Notes: generated by a model not told the origin, from the sequence alone. DNA of 64,000 bases from an uncultured Christensenellaceae bacterium (GCA_910588685.1 CAJUPX010000005.1:28544-92543); one strand, 5' to 3'. Counted from the stretch's first letter, positions 28,955 through 39,578 are shown. Numbers and translations are program-made.

Positions 28955-29387
28955 TAGCGTCACCGCCTTCAACTTCTACAGTTTCTTTTTTTACGAATTT
29001 GCATTTAACGGGCAATTTATGGCTTGCAAGTCGCATTGCCTCGCGCGCAATATCCTCGTTGACGCCCGCCATTTCAAACATAACTCTGCCGGGTTTTACG
29101 ATAGCTACCCAGTACTCTACCGAGCCTTTACCGGAACCCATACGGGATTCTGCGGGGTGCTTGGTAATGGGCTTGTGCGGGAATATGTCTATCCATACTT
29201 TACCGCCGCGCTTGATGAATCTGGTCATTGCGATACGGGCAGCCTCTATCTGGTTGGATGTAATTCTCGCGCCCTCCAAAGCCACAAGACCGTACTCGCC
29301 GTATGCAACCTTGTTGCCTTTCTGCGCTTTGCCGCGGATTTTGCCGCGGTGCTGCATTCTTCTTTTAACTCTCTTGGGGATTAACAT
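28944..29387 (-). CDS. rplP: 50S ribosomal protein L16
   Basis: [15 protein letters not shown] start. The ATG overlaps the rpsC stop (TAATG). Confidence 0.95.
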   Translation of the reverse strand: MLIPKRVKRRMQHRGKIRGKAQKGNKVAYGEYGLVALEGARITSNQIEAARIAMTRFIKRGGKVWIDIFPHKPITKHPAESRMGSGKGSVEYWVAIVKPGRVMFEMAGVNEDIAREAMRLASHKLPVKCKFVKKETVEVEGGDANEG

Positions 29388-30058
29388 TACTCTTCGCCTC
29401 CCTCCGATATAATCATACGTTTTGCAACGTCGAGCACCTCGCCCTTGTATATCCAGCATTTAATGCCGAGAACGCCGAACGTGGTGTGCGCTTCCGCAAA
29501 GCCGTAGTCGATGTCCGCGCGGATGGTCTGAAGAGGAATAGAGCCCTCGTGGTAGCTTTCGCTGCCGGCGATTTCTCTGCCGTCGAGTCTGCCGCCGACG
29601 GTGATTTTAACGCCCTTTACGCCCGTTTTTGCAACCTTTGCAATCTGCTGCTTAACGGCTCTTCTGTAACTTACGCGCTTTTCAAGCTGGGAAGCAACCG
29701 CTTCCGCAACGAGCTGTGCGTCCTGGTCGATTTTTTCAACCTTTTTGACGTTGATGATAACCTGCTTGCCTTTGGTGAGCTTTGCAAGGTCTTTTTTGAT
29801 AACTTCTATTTCAGAACCGCCTTTGCCGATAAGCACGCCGGGTCTGCCGGTATAAATGCCTATTTCGATTTTATTAGCGGCTCTTATTATTGTGATTTTG
29901 CTTATTGCAGCGTCGTAATATTTCTTTTTAAGAAAGGTACGGATATCGCTGTCCTCTTTGATATAAGCGGAAAAATCCTTTTTATCCGCATACCACTGAG
30001 TATCCCAAGCGGAAATTACGCCGACTCTTAAACCGTGAGGATTAACTTTTTGTCCCAT
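29387..30058 (-). CDS. rpsC: 30S ribosomal protein S3
   Basis: [13 protein letters not shown] start with a KH domain. Confidence 0.95.
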   Translation of the reverse strand: MGQKVNPHGLRVGVISAWDTQWYADKKDFSAYIKEDSDIRTFLKKKYYDAAISKITIIRAANKIEIGIYTGRPGVLIGKGGSEIEVIKKDLAKLTKGKQVIINVKKVEKIDQDAQLVAEAVASQLEKRVSYRRAVKQQIAKVAKTGVKGVKITVGGRLDGREIAGSESYHEGSIPLQTIRADIDYGFAEAHTTFGVLGIKCWIYKGEVLDVAKRMIISEGGEE

Positions 30059-30072
30059 AATTCTTTAACTCC

Positions 30073-30462
30073 TTAAACCTTCTTTGCGTCAAGTATGACG
30101 GTTACGTGACTCGTTCTCTTTAAAATAGCGTGTCCGCGCCCCTTGGAAACGGGCTGCATTCTTTTAAGATGAGGACCGCCGTCGGCATAAGCCTCGGCAA
30201 CTACGAGGTCGCCTCTGTCCATACCGTTGTTGTGCTCGGCGTTAGCCGCCGCGGAAAGCAGCACCTTTTTAACTTCTTCGCTGCCGCCCTTGTTGCAATA
30301 AGTGAGTATAGCTTCGGCTTCTTCTACGGATTTACCGCGGATAAGCGCAAGTACCGTCCTGATTTTATAGGGTGATATTCTGAGATGCTTTGCCGTTGCA
30401 TAAGGGCGTCTGTCCTTAATTTCGGCAATTCTCTCAACTTTTTTATTCATATTGCTTGCCAT
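30073..30462 (-). CDS. rplV: 50S ribosomal protein L22
   Basis: Contains the RISPYK.R segment. Position between rpsS and rpsC. Confidence 0.93.
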   Translation of the reverse strand: MASNMNKKVERIAEIKDRRPYATAKHLRISPYKIRTVLALIRGKSVEEAEAILTYCNKGGSEEVKKVLLSAAANAEHNNGMDRGDLVVAEAYADGGPHLKRMQPVSKGRGHAILKRTSHVTVILDAKKV

Positions 30463-30474
30463 ATCTCAAACTCC

Positions 30475-30747
30475 TTACTTCTTGGCGGTTTTCGCCGCGT
30501 GTCCCTTGAAAGTTCTGGTGGGAGCAAACTCGCCGAGCTTGCAGCCTACCATATCTTCGGTCACGTATACGGGAACGTGTTTTCTTCCGTCGTAAACCGC
30601 AATAGTGTGTCCTACCATCTGGGGGAATATCGTTGTCGCACGCGACCAAGTTTTTACAACTTTCTTCTCGCCGGCAGCGTTCATCGCCTCAATCCTCGCC
30701 AACAGTCTTTCTTCGGCGTAAGGTCCTTTTTTAACGCTTCTTGACAT
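30475..30747 (-). CDS. rpsS: 30S ribosomal protein S19
   Basis: [10 protein letters not shown] start; [17 protein letters not shown]. Confidence 0.95.
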   Translation of the reverse strand: MSRSVKKGPYAEERLLARIEAMNAAGEKKVVKTWSRATTIFPQMVGHTIAVYDGRKHVPVYVTEDMVGCKLGEFAPTRTFKGHAAKTAKK

Positions 30748-30760
30748 TTTCTATTCCTCC

Positions 30761-31588
30761 TTAATTAATTCTCTTTAATATGAACTTGGAAGTGGGGTTC
30801 TTCTTCTTTCTCGTCTTATAGCCGAGAGCAGGCTTGCCCCAAGGGGTCATAGGTCCTGCGTGTCCCACAGGGCTCTTGCCTTCGCCGCCGCCGTGAGGGT
30901 GGTCGTTGGGGTTCATAACCGAACCGCGGACGGTGGGACGGATACCGAGGTATCTCGTTTTGCCCGCTTTACCCACTCTGATAATCTCGTGCTCGAGGTT
31001 GCCTACCTGACCGACCGTAGCTTTGCATTTAAGCGATACGAGTCTCATCTCGCCCGAAGGCATTTTGATGGTTGCATATGCGCCCTCTTTTGCCATTATC
31101 TGGGCGGAAATACCCGCAGACCTTGCAATCTGCGCGCCCCTGCCGGGTTTAAGCTCTATTGCGTGCACGACGGTACCTACGGGGATATCCGCAAGGCAGA
31201 GCGCGTTGCCGCTCTTGATGTCGGCGTTTGCGCCCGAAAGCACCTTGTCGCCCACGTTAAGACCTACGGGAGCGAGGATATACCTCTTTTCGCCGTCGGC
31301 ATATGCAAGGAGCGCGATGTGCGCCGAACGGTTGGGATCGTACTGTATGGATTTAACCGTTGCGGGAATGCCGTCCTTGTTGCGCTTGAAGTCGATTATT
31401 CTGTATTTGTTTCTGTTGCCGCCGCCGATGTGACGAACGGTTATTTTACCCTGATTGTTTCTGCCGCCCGATTTGCGCTTGTCGTGCATTAAGGCTCTTT
31501 CGGGTTTGTCGCCGGAAAGCTCCTTATATGCGCTGACCGTCATTAAACGGCGCGCAGGAGAGGTCGGTTTATACCTTTTAACTGCCAT
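30761..31588 (-). CDS. rplB: 50S ribosomal protein L2
   Basis: [13 protein letters not shown] start and GGG.G motifs; 275 aa. Confidence 0.95.
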   Translation of the reverse strand: MAVKRYKPTSPARRLMTVSAYKELSGDKPERALMHDKRKSGGRNNQGKITVRHIGGGNRNKYRIIDFKRNKDGIPATVKSIQYDPNRSAHIALLAYADGEKRYILAPVGLNVGDKVLSGANADIKSGNALCLADIPVGTVVHAIELKPGRGAQIARSAGISAQIMAKEGAYATIKMPSGEMRLVSLKCKATVGQVGNLEHEIIRVGKAGKTRYLGIRPTVRGSVMNPNDHPHGGGEGKSPVGHAGPMTPWGKPALGYKTRKKKNPTSKFILKRIN

Positions 31589-31608
31589 TTTTAGTGCCTC
31601 CTTGCTCC

Positions 31609-31902
31609 TTACGATAACGAGTCGAAGTACTCAATCGTCTTGGACTCGGCTTTGAGCTGGACGATAGCCTTCTTGTAGTCGGGAGTGTAACCTTGGTTTC
31701 TTCCCATTCTCTTAAGCTTGCCCTTGCAGTTTACGGTGTTCACGCTTTCAACCTGAACTCCGAACAGCTTTTCTACGGCGAGCTTTATCTGCGTTTTGTT
31801 GGCCGACTTTTTAACGATGAACGTGTATTTTTTATCGGCGATTCCGTCGTACCCCTTCTCGGTGAGCAGAGGTTTTACAATTATATCTTCGGCAAACGTC
31901 AT
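31609..31902 (-). CDS. rplW: 50S ribosomal protein L23
   Basis: 97 aa. IVKPLLTEK and KY.F.V motifs. Confidence 0.93.
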   Translation of the reverse strand: MTFAEDIIVKPLLTEKGYDGIADKKYTFIVKKSANKTQIKLAVEKLFGVQVESVNTVNCKGKLKRMGRNQGYTPDYKKAIVQLKAESKTIEYFDSLS

Positions 31903-32525
31903 TTCCCGTAAACCTCCTCGATTTTCTGTATAGCCGCTTTGGTTACTACGACCTTTGCGTTTGCAACCACCTCGTACGTGGAAATCTGAGCCACGGGAAG
32001 CGTGGAAAGCGTTTGAATATTCTGCGCCGCGCGGATTACGCCGATATCGTCGTTATCCATAACGATAACCGCCGTTTTGTCGAGCTTAAGCGCTTTCTGG
32101 AATGCAACCATCTCTTTGGTTTTGCCCTCTTTTACGGAAAGGCTGTCCACTACGACGAGCTCGCCGTCGGCAACCTTTTTGGAGAGAGCCGAAATAAGAG
32201 CGGCGGTTTTTGCTTTTTTATTCATATCCTTGGAAAAGTCACGGCTCTTGGGAGCGAACACAACGCCGCCCTTTATCCACTGGGGAGCTCTTATAGATCC
32301 CTGGCGGGCATTACCCGTGCCCTTCTGACGCCAGGGCTTTCTGCCGCCGCCGCGGACTTCCGTTCTGGTAAGAGTGGATTTTGTACCCTGTCTTTCGTTT
32401 GCAAGACGGGTTACTACCGCCTGGTGAATAAGCGGTTCGTTATATTCCGCACCGAAAACCTTGTCGCTGAGCGTCAAAGTGCCGGCTTTCGTTCCGTCCA
32501 TTTTATATACGTTTACGTTAGGCAT
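31899..32525 (-). CDS. rplD: 50S ribosomal protein L4
   Basis: RGGGRKPWRQKGTGNARQGS motif. Confidence 0.95.
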   Translation of the reverse strand: MPNVNVYKMDGTKAGTLTLSDKVFGAEYNEPLIHQAVVTRLANERQGTKSTLTRTEVRGGGRKPWRQKGTGNARQGSIRAPQWIKGGVVFAPKSRDFSKDMNKKAKTAALISALSKKVADGELVVVDSLSVKEGKTKEMVAFQKALKLDKTAVIVMDNDDIGVIRAAQNIQTLSTLPVAQISTYEVVANAKVVVTKAAIQKIEEVYGK

Positions 32526-32539
32526 ATTCTGTTACCTCC

Positions 32540-33211
32540 TTATTTAACGGTGTCGTTTATGGTAACGACCGAACCGTTGGGTCCGGGAACCGAACCTTTA
32601 ATAAGCAAGCAGTTTCTCTCTGCGTCTACTTTTACTATTTCGAGGTTCTGAACGGTTACGTTTTCCACACCGTACTGACCTGCGAGATGCTTGTTCTTGA
32701 AAACTCTCGAAGGCGAGCTGTTCGCGCCCATTGAGCCGGGCTCTCTGTGCACGGGACCTACGCCGTGCGTTTCTTTGAGCCTGTGCTGATTCCAGCGCTT
32801 GATAACGCCGCTGTAACCGTGACCCTTGGATACGCCGTGAACGTCCACTCTGTCGCCTGCCGTAAACACGGTAGCTTTGACTTCGTTACCGACCGCGTAT
32901 TCCGCTACGTTTGCAAGACGGAACTCCTTTAATACCTTGCAGGGAGTTACTCCCGCTTTTTTGAACTGACCGTAATCGGGCTTGTTCAAACGATATTTCC
33001 TGTTTGCGTCCTTGTCTTTGAGGTTTTTCTTACTCTTTGCTTCGATAGCGTCAAAACCGAGCTTTAAAGCCGAATAGCCGTCCTTTTCAACGGTTTTGAT
33101 TTGCACTACCGGGCAGGGACCCGCTTCTATTACGGTTACGGGGATAACCTTGCCCTCCGCCGTAAATATCTGCGTCATACCCGCTTTACGGCCGATGATT
33201 GCTTTATTCAT
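32540..33211 (-). CDS. rplC: 50S ribosomal protein L3
   Basis: [16 protein letters not shown] start, set at ATG 33209-33211 with RBS AAGGAG. The tracked ORF is over-extended into the repeat-filled spacer. Confidence 0.95.
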   Translation of the reverse strand: MNKAIIGRKAGMTQIFTAEGKVIPVTVIEAGPCPVVQIKTVEKDGYSALKLGFDAIEAKSKKNLKDKDANRKYRLNKPDYGQFKKAGVTPCKVLKEFRLANVAEYAVGNEVKATVFTAGDRVDVHGVSKGHGYSGVIKRWNQHRLKETHGVGPVHREPGSMGANSSPSRVFKNKHLAGQYGVENVTVQNLEIVKVDAERNCLLIKGSVPGPNGSVVTINDTVK

Positions 33212-33348
33212 TGATAAAGATCTCCTTAAAAAATTAATATATTTCCACAAAAATCTCGTGCAGTGACACTGCGATTTTTCGTGGTTCGGGAGACTCTGCC
33301 TCCCTGCCCGCAATCAGCAGGGCTCTAATATATATAATTGCGGGCATT

Positions 33349-33426
33349 CCCTCCGCCGAGGCGCAGGTTTGCGCAAATGGGGTTGCGCTGCGCAAAAGCG
33401 CGGTTTTGCTTGCGCCGTAATTTATA
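33349..33426. repeat. Family-2 repeat, copy 1 (rpsJ-rplC spacer)
   Basis: About 80% identical over about 78 nt to 36538-36617. Shared core: GAGG(C/T)GCAGGTTTGC(G/A)CAAAT...GCGGTTTT(T)GCTTGCGCCGT. Confidence 0.65.
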
Positions 33427-33558
33427 TATCCGAGTACCGCCTTTACAGGCTATTTCCGAGATACCGCGCTCCGCCGTCCCGCCGGAAAACCCGTCGCCTG
33501 CTTTACGTAGAGTATCTATGTTGGCTGATTATTATATATATATGGTAATACGGTTTAC

Positions 33559-33677
33559 CAAACTCAGAGATGCGGTGCTATGCAAGGCGGGCGAGAAAAC
33601 CCGAGGGAGTTTACTAAGTCGTAAATAACCGAGGGTTGCCGCAGTCCAACGCCACAGAGCGCCGTATATATGAGTTT
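33559..33677. repeat. Family-1 long-hairpin repeat, copy D
   Basis: Ends CAAACTCAGAGATGCG...GCCGTATATATGAGTTT. Core is CCGAGGGAGTTTACTAAGTCGTAAATAACCGAGGG. The unit ends 9 nt from the rpsJ stop. Confidence 0.75.
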
Positions 33678-33685
33678 AGCAAGAA

Positions 33686-33985
33686 TTAGAGTTTTATCTT
33701 AATATCTACGCCCGCGGGAAGATGCACCGTATCCAACAACTTAGCGTTGGGCGTGTAGATGTCGATAATTCTCTTATAGGTGCGCTGCTCGAACTGTTCG
33801 CGGCTGTCCTTATATTTGTGAGGGGAACGGAGAATTGTTACTATTTCTCTTTCAGTGGGAAGAGGAATGGGTCCCGATATTTTTGCACCGCTCTTTTTCA
33901 TTGTTTCAACTATTCTCGACGCCGCTAAATCCACCAGCTCGTGGTCGTATGCCGCAAGCTTTATTCTGATTTTCTGTCCTGCCAT
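33686..33985 (-). CDS. rpsJ: 30S ribosomal protein S10
   Basis: [13 protein letters not shown] motif; 99 aa. Confidence 0.95.
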   Translation of the reverse strand: MAGQKIRIKLAAYDHELVDLAASRIVETMKKSGAKISGPIPLPTEREIVTILRSPHKYKDSREQFEQRTYKRIIDIYTPNAKLLDTVHLPAGVDIKIKL

Positions 33986-34222
33986 AATAAACTCCTTAAT
34001 TTTATACTAACAATTTTTATTTACGTCAACTTAACCGTGTGTATCGCAGCTCCGGGCGTATAAAAAACACCTACCGGTGTCTTATGCGAAGCCGCGGTTA
34101 GTCGCAGAAATCAAGGTTTCCGCATTTGTCAGCGCAAATTATCTGTTGCGGGTGCTTCCTCCGCATTTTTCAGTAACTTTGCACCTCAACCCATACACAA
34201 TGCCATTTTAAGACGCTTAATT

Positions 34223-34251
34223 ATTATAAAATTCCGTCAACTGTTTGTCAA
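34223..34251 (-). promoter_or_regulatory. Consensus SigA-type promoter of the S10 operon
   Basis: On the minus strand: TTGACA (34246-34251), exactly 17 nt, TATAAT (34223-34228). This leaves an approximately 235-nt leader before rpsJ. Confidence 0.7.
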
Positions 34252-34319
34252 CGGAATTTGAACGTATTTTTAAAATATTTTTAAATTTTTTTGTTAATTA
34301 TTACTCTTATGTCAAAATT

Positions 34320-35903
34320 TTACATAAGCGGGGCGAAAATTCTCAAAATTCCGGCGACAATTCGGTGTTTAAAGCTGTTACTTTTTACGTTTTTACCGCC
34401 TAATCTCTCGCTGCACGAAATTGTATACTCAAAATCAGCCCGCAAATCATCTAAAAACGCTTTGTCGTCGGTCAGCACGGCGCACTCGAACTGTTGGTAA
34501 AAACTGCGCAGGTCGATATTTACCGACCCCACAGCCGCCTGTGTTTCGGACATAACTGTTTTTGCGTGCACAAACGCGTTTTTCATACAGTATATTTTAA
34601 CGCCGGAGCTTATAAGCCTTTCGGCATTGTTGCGGGAAACCGCGTAAACATAACTCTTGTCCGGTATCTCCGGCAGAATTATGCGGACGTCCACGCCGCT
34701 GAGCGCCTTGTTTTTAAGCAAATCCGCGAGCGTGTCGTCCGTAATGAAATACGGAGTCATAATATACAGCTTTTCGCGCGCGTCGGCAATTATGTTTGCG
34801 TACGCGTTTTTGGCAATCGACTGCCCGCCGAACTCCGGTCCGCTTGCATAAGGAATAACAGCCGACCCGCTTTCCGTTCTCTTTGCGAGGTTGAGAAAAG
34901 GAGAATAATCGACGGCTTCGCCGGATACGTATTCCCATTGCCTCATAAACATAACGGTAAAAGCGTCCGCCGCCGGACCGTCTATACGCAAACCAACGTC
35001 TTTCCAGTAACCGTGCATACGCTTTTCGTTTATATACTCGTCGGCGAGGTTACACCCGCCTGTATACGCCGTTTTACCGTCCACCACTACTATTTTCCGA
35101 TGGTCGCGGTAATTGAGAGCAACCGAAAAACGCGGGATAAGTCTGTTAAAGGGCTGTATTTTAATGCCCGAATCTCTTAAACGCTTTTTGCATTTTGCCG
35201 AAAGAGTTTTATGGCTGCCCATATCGTCGTATATTACCCGCACGTCCACACCCTCTTTGACTTTGCGTGCAAGCACGTTGAATATTCTGTCGAACAATAC
35301 TCCGTCGGCGATAATAAAAAACTCAATAAAAACAAATTTTTCGGCGCGCTCCAACCTCGAAATTATATCGTCGAAAAGCTGTGAGCCGGACGGAAAATAT
35401 TTTATATCCGTGCCTGTATACGTGCGGAAACCGCCCGCACTGTACAAATAACGGCAGTTATTGCGCACCTCGGCGCAGGAGTCGGCTTCGTCGCCTGCGC
35501 CGAGGTATTTTTCGGACTCCGAAAAAATGTGCTTAAACTTTTTTTTCGCTCTGAAAAAAAACACGTTTTCGTCGGCGAGAAAATATAAAAAGTACCCGAA
35601 CGTAAATCCAAGCAACACTATAATAATCCAAACCGCTTTGGACTGCCCGTTTTTATCGGTGGAAAGCACGTACACAGCGGTTAAAAGCGACAGTACGAAC
35701 GCAACCGCCAGATAATAGCGGAACAGCATCATAAACTGCAGGTAAAAATAGAGCAGCACCGCAAAATTCAGCGCAATAAAAAAGAGAACGAGCGCGGTTT
35801 TAAAAAAACCGAAGCCCTTGGTTTCCGTTCTTATTTTTACCGACTTCGCCCTCTGCAGACGCTTTTTGCCGACGTATTTTTTAGAAGTTACCTTATCCGC
35901 CAT
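34320..35903 (-). CDS. cls: Cardiolipin synthase (two PLD/HKD domains)
   Basis: N-terminal TM helices. HKD motifs HRKIVVVDG and HAKTVMSET...NIDLRS. Confidence 0.85.
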   Translation of the reverse strand: MADKVTSKKYVGKKRLQRAKSVKIRTETKGFGFFKTALVLFFIALNFAVLLYFYLQFMMLFRYYLAVAFVLSLLTAVYVLSTDKNGQSKAVWIIIVLLGFTFGYFLYFLADENVFFFRAKKKFKHIFSESEKYLGAGDEADSCAEVRNNCRYLYSAGGFRTYTGTDIKYFPSGSQLFDDIISRLERAEKFVFIEFFIIADGVLFDRIFNVLARKVKEGVDVRVIYDDMGSHKTLSAKCKKRLRDSGIKIQPFNRLIPRFSVALNYRDHRKIVVVDGKTAYTGGCNLADEYINEKRMHGYWKDVGLRIDGPAADAFTVMFMRQWEYVSGEAVDYSPFLNLAKRTESGSAVIPYASGPEFGGQSIAKNAYANIIADAREKLYIMTPYFITDDTLADLLKNKALSGVDVRIILPEIPDKSYVYAVSRNNAERLISSGVKIYCMKNAFVHAKTVMSETQAAVGSVNIDLRSFYQQFECAVLTDDKAFLDDLRADFEYTISCSERLGGKNVKSNSFKHRIVAGILRIFAPLM

Positions 35904-36417
35904 TCGTAAGCTGCTCCGCCTCTTTCAAAGCCGCCGACATAACAGCCGCGGCTATCTCCGTTCGCGCCTCGAAACCGATACGCTCGGCTCTTAAAAGCTT
36001 TTTAAAAAACGCGCCCGTCATTATTATTACGGCAAGCCCGACCATTGCAAAAAGCGTGCCTATGATTATTACCGCGGCATTGCCGCCGTTTGCCGCTACG
36101 CTGAGTCCGAAAAGTATGCCTGCTAGCCCGAAGCCCAGCATATATATTGCAAACAACTTGACAAACGTGTGCCTTCTCTTTGAATATTTAATTACGTCGT
36201 CCTGCGCCTTTTCCATATTTATCTGCAAAAGCTGCAGCCTGTCCTTGTCCGGAATATTGTGCGGGCGGCGCAAAACTACGAGAACCGATTTTTTACCGCG
36301 CTGTTTACGCTCGCACAGCTCCCAGGCAAAACATTTATATTCCGAGAGCACCTCTTCCTCCCTGTCGGAGCTTATGCTCATAGAAATGTAATCGTAGTTG
36401 TAAATATCTCTTTCCAC
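35893..36417 (-). CDS. Hypothetical membrane protein
   Basis: 174 aa with two central hydrophobic helices. Overlaps the cls start. Confidence 0.45.
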   Translation of the reverse strand: MERDIYNYDYISMSISSDREEEVLSEYKCFAWELCERKQRGKKSVLVVLRRPHNIPDKDRLQLLQINMEKAQDDVIKYSKRRHTFVKLFAIYMLGFGLAGILFGLSVAANGGNAAVIIIGTLFAMVGLAVIIMTGAFFKKLLRAERIGFEARTEIAAAVMSAALKEAEQLTNGG

Positions 36418-36537
36418 GCGAATAATTCTTCTCGTAAATTTTTATTTGCAGTGACAAATAAAAATTGTACGATTAGAGGAGCTCTGCTCCTCTTGCGCAA
36501 ATTTTTAAAGGCTCTGCAATATTTTATTTGCGCAATT

Positions 36538-36617
36538 CACCTCGCTGAGGTGCAGGTTTGCACAAATTGAGTGCGCTAAGCAAAAAACGCGGTTTTTGCT
36601 TGCGCCGTTTATTTATT
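36538..36617. repeat. Family-2 repeat, copy 2 (spacer between ppa and the next gene)
   Basis: See copy 1. Contains the hairpin CACCTC-GCT-GAGGTG, where copy 1 has CCTC-CGCC-GAGG. Confidence 0.65.
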
Positions 36618-36669
36618 ATTTTTTAGTAAATTTTTCTTTGCAGCGATAAGCGTTACGCTTAAAGCAAAT

Positions 36670-37200
36670 TTATTTTACGTACTTGTCCTTATAGTTTTGC
36701 ATACATTTGCGGATAATCTCGATAGACTCGTACTTATGGCAAATTTCCTTAACCGTCGTAGTTTTATGTTCGAGCATTTTATACACCTCGAAAAAGTGCA
36801 TCATCTCCTCAAATACGTGTTTGGGCAACTCGTGTATGTCGTAATAGTGCTTGTAATTAGGGTCGTTTACCGGTACGGCGATTATCTTTTCGTCGAGCTC
36901 GCCGCCGTCAATCATTTTAATTACGCCTATCGGCATACAGGTGAGCAGCGTCATAGGGAATATCGCCTCGTTGCAGAGAACAAGCACGTCCAAAGGGTCG
37001 CCGTCGTCTGCAAGCGTGCGCGGTATAAAACCGTAATTCGCGGGATACACGGTAGACGTATACAGCACCCTGTCAAGGCGCAGCAATCCCGTTTCTTTAT
37101 CGAGTTCGTACTTCGCCTTGCTGCCGCGGGGTATTTCGATAAGCGCTTCAAAACGGTTTTCGGTTATTCTTTTCGGGTCTAAATCGTGCCAGATATTCAT
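36670..37200 (-). CDS. ppa: Inorganic pyrophosphatase, family I
   Basis: EIPRGSKAKYELDKETG, YPANYGFIP and DGDPLDVLV motifs. Confidence 0.92.
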   Translation of the reverse strand: MNIWHDLDPKRITENRFEALIEIPRGSKAKYELDKETGLLRLDRVLYTSTVYPANYGFIPRTLADDGDPLDVLVLCNEAIFPMTLLTCMPIGVIKMIDGGELDEKIIAVPVNDPNYKHYYDIHELPKHVFEEMMHFFEVYKMLEHKTTTVKEICHKYESIEIIRKCMQNYKDKYVK

Positions 37201-38069
37201 TACTTAACCTCTATAAGCTCGTATTTGCGCGAACCGACTCCGAGAGCTGCCGCGCATTCTATTGTATATATTCCGTTCCGGCTTTCCACGCGTTCTAAAA
37301 AATGCCTTTGACCCGGGTCGTCCTTAGCGGCGTAAACCAAATCTATGCACGCCTGGTCGATTGCCACGGGGTCTTCGGAAACGAGTATTCCTATATCTTT
37401 GATACAGGGATCCTCGGCTACGGCGCAGCAGTCGCAGTCAACCGACATATTTTTCATTACGTTTACGTACAGTGCGTTGCCGTTGAAATATTTTACTACG
37501 GACAGCGCCGCGTCCGCCATAGACGCCAGAAAGCTGTTATGGTCGGCGTCCCAGAAAACAACGGGGTCGCCCGCGCCGTGTATAAACTGTTTGCCGTACG
37601 ACGACGCAATTCCTATTGCAAGCTGTTTGAGCGCGCCGCCGTAACCGCCCATAGGGTGTCCCTTGAAGTGCGACAGAACGAGCATAGAATCATAGTTTAC
37701 AAGATTTTTTCCCACGTAATTTTTCTTTATAATTTTACCTTCGGGTATATCGAGCACTAAATCGGGCCCCTCGGCGTCAAGCAAATCAACCTTGAAATAC
37801 TGACTCCAACCGTGGCGCGCGAGCGTTTGTATATGCTTTTCGGTGGTGTTGCGCATACCCTCGTAAGCGGTATTGCACTCCACAACGGTGCCGCCTACCG
37901 CATCTATAACCGGTTTCCAGAAATCGGGTTTTAAAAAATTCTGGTTGCCGACCTCGCCCGAATGCAGCTTTATAGCAACGTTGCCTTTAAGCTCTTTACC
38001 TGCGAGCCTGTACAGCCTTAAAACCGTTTCGGGATTAATATTGCGCGAAAAATAAACTTTGGGAAACAC
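37200..38069 (-). CDS. DUF362-domain protein
   Basis: The N-terminal pattern (VYF...LHSGE.GN...P) recalls DUF362 proteins. Family assignment is from memory only. Confidence 0.5.
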   Translation of the reverse strand: MFPKVYFSRNINPETVLRLYRLAGKELKGNVAIKLHSGEVGNQNFLKPDFWKPVIDAVGGTVVECNTAYEGMRNTTEKHIQTLARHGWSQYFKVDLLDAEGPDLVLDIPEGKIIKKNYVGKNLVNYDSMLVLSHFKGHPMGGYGGALKQLAIGIASSYGKQFIHGAGDPVVFWDADHNSFLASMADAALSVVKYFNGNALYVNVMKNMSVDCDCCAVAEDPCIKDIGILVSEDPVAIDQACIDLVYAAKDDPGQRHFLERVESRNGIYTIECAAALGVGSRKYELIEVK

Positions 38070-38182
38070 GGTGCACCGCCTTATCGCTTTTTAATTATTG
38101 TACACCACCCCGCCGCGATTGTCAAGAAAAAAAATCCGCGGCGTGACCAGGCACGCCGCGGACGGGTTTATATATATTTTTA

Positions 38183-39463
38183 TTAATCTGCAAGAGTAGT
38201 AAGCTTACCCGTCTCAAACGAGTAGAGATACGTTGCGCCGGGGTCGTCGTAATTTTCGTTGGCTACCCAGCGCACCGTTTTATCGGTGAGATTGTACACC
38301 ACGCTGTGCACGGTAACTCCGCCGTTCCAGGTTCTTCTGCCAACCTCGGACAAAAGCTTCATTGCCGCGGCGTCGTCCTCTAATACGCCGTGAGCAGCGT
38401 TTAATCTGTTATAAAGATGCTCGTATCTGTCAAGCCCCGCCATATTGTCTTCGTCGTTTTCATAGTACTCGTAAGCGTTATGTACAATAAAGTTGGTTAT
38501 CCACTGGTACTTGAAATCCTCCTGCGCTCTCAGTCCGTCATACATATGGTCGTTGTTATACGTAATAACGAGCTTGCGCGCCGAACCGTCGTTATCGGTT
38601 GCGTCGGTGCCGTTTTCGGGCAGCCATTCGAGTATCGCGCTCTTGCCGGTTGCGTCGGCTAACATATAGTGGAAAGAAGATTTAGCCGAGTCGTGCAGAT
38701 TATACTTTTGTATAAGCTCGACCGCCTCGTCTACGGTCGCGCAGTAATCGAGTATCATTCTCTGCATTGTTGTGGAAGTGAAGTTGTCTTTTGTCGGGTC
38801 TTTCTGGTCGGTTGCAACCGTGCCGCTTTCGTTGAGCTCGGTGTCGTTGCCCTGATAAGACATAAATATACCGCAGCTTAAACCCTTTTCGTTCATACCG
38901 TCGAGAGGCGCATACGCAGCCGCAAAGCAGGTAATTTTATTCATAAGACCGGTAACGTCCTTTTCGGGGTCCATCCCCACGTAGTTGAGGTCCACCGTGG
39001 AAAAAGATTTATATCTGCCCTTGCCAGGATTTGAAGTTATAGTTATGCACACGTTGGTTTTGTCGAAATCGTAGTTGCGCCCGAAAAGTACGTCTTTATC
39101 GGGCGTGGTCGCCATAAACGCCGAACAGTTTACGTCGGATTCGCCTATGCTTACGTCCACAAGTCCCTTGGTAAGATTATCGGTAATAAATTTTATAAGC
39201 TCTTTATCCGACGACGCGCCGCCCTGCTCAACGTACTTATCGAGGTAGAACCCGCCTTTGACTTTCATATAGTAAACCGACCCTTCGTTATTTGCGTCGT
39301 TGCGCTCCTGCAGCTGCTTAAAACTCGAAACAGTGGATATAACGTCGCCCCATACGCAGGCAACGGTAATGCCCAGAACTGCCGAAATCAATATGATAAC
39401 CGCAAGCGTTATGCTGAGTATCCTGAACCACAGTTTGCTCCACAAATTTTTTAATTTTTCCAT
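38183..39463 (-). CDS. Membrane-anchored Ntn-hydrolase superfamily protein (choloylglycine hydrolase / C45-like)
   Basis: N-terminal TM helix. Candidate nucleophile context NCSAFMATTPDKDVLFGRNYDF. Confidence 0.5.
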   Translation of the reverse strand: MEKLKNLWSKLWFRILSITLAVIILISAVLGITVACVWGDVISTVSSFKQLQERNDANNEGSVYYMKVKGGFYLDKYVEQGGASSDKELIKFITDNLTKGLVDVSIGESDVNCSAFMATTPDKDVLFGRNYDFDKTNVCITITSNPGKGRYKSFSTVDLNYVGMDPEKDVTGLMNKITCFAAAYAPLDGMNEKGLSCGIFMSYQGNDTELNESGTVATDQKDPTKDNFTSTTMQRMILDYCATVDEAVELIQKYNLHDSAKSSFHYMLADATGKSAILEWLPENGTDATDNDGSARKLVITYNNDHMYDGLRAQEDFKYQWITNFIVHNAYEYYENDEDNMAGLDRYEHLYNRLNAAHGVLEDDAAAMKLLSEVGRRTWNGGVTVHSVVYNLTDKTVRWVANENYDDPGATYLYSFETGKLTTLAD

Positions 39464-39578
39464 TATTTACCGCCTTTTTATTAACAATGTTGATTTATCA
39501 ACCGTCGATATGATAATATAAAACCGTGCGTTTGTCAACTATTTTTATGACACTGCACGGTTTTTTGATTTTTATATA

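Noticed and set aside
32540-33313. N-terminally extended ORF-track models for rplC (257 aa), rplN (141 aa), rpsE (221 aa), rplP (171 aa), rplR (128 aa), the transposase (352 aa) and the MORN protein (333 aa)
   Set aside because: The extensions overlap upstream genes or repeats and lack an RBS. Internal ATGs with good RBS give canonical N-termini.
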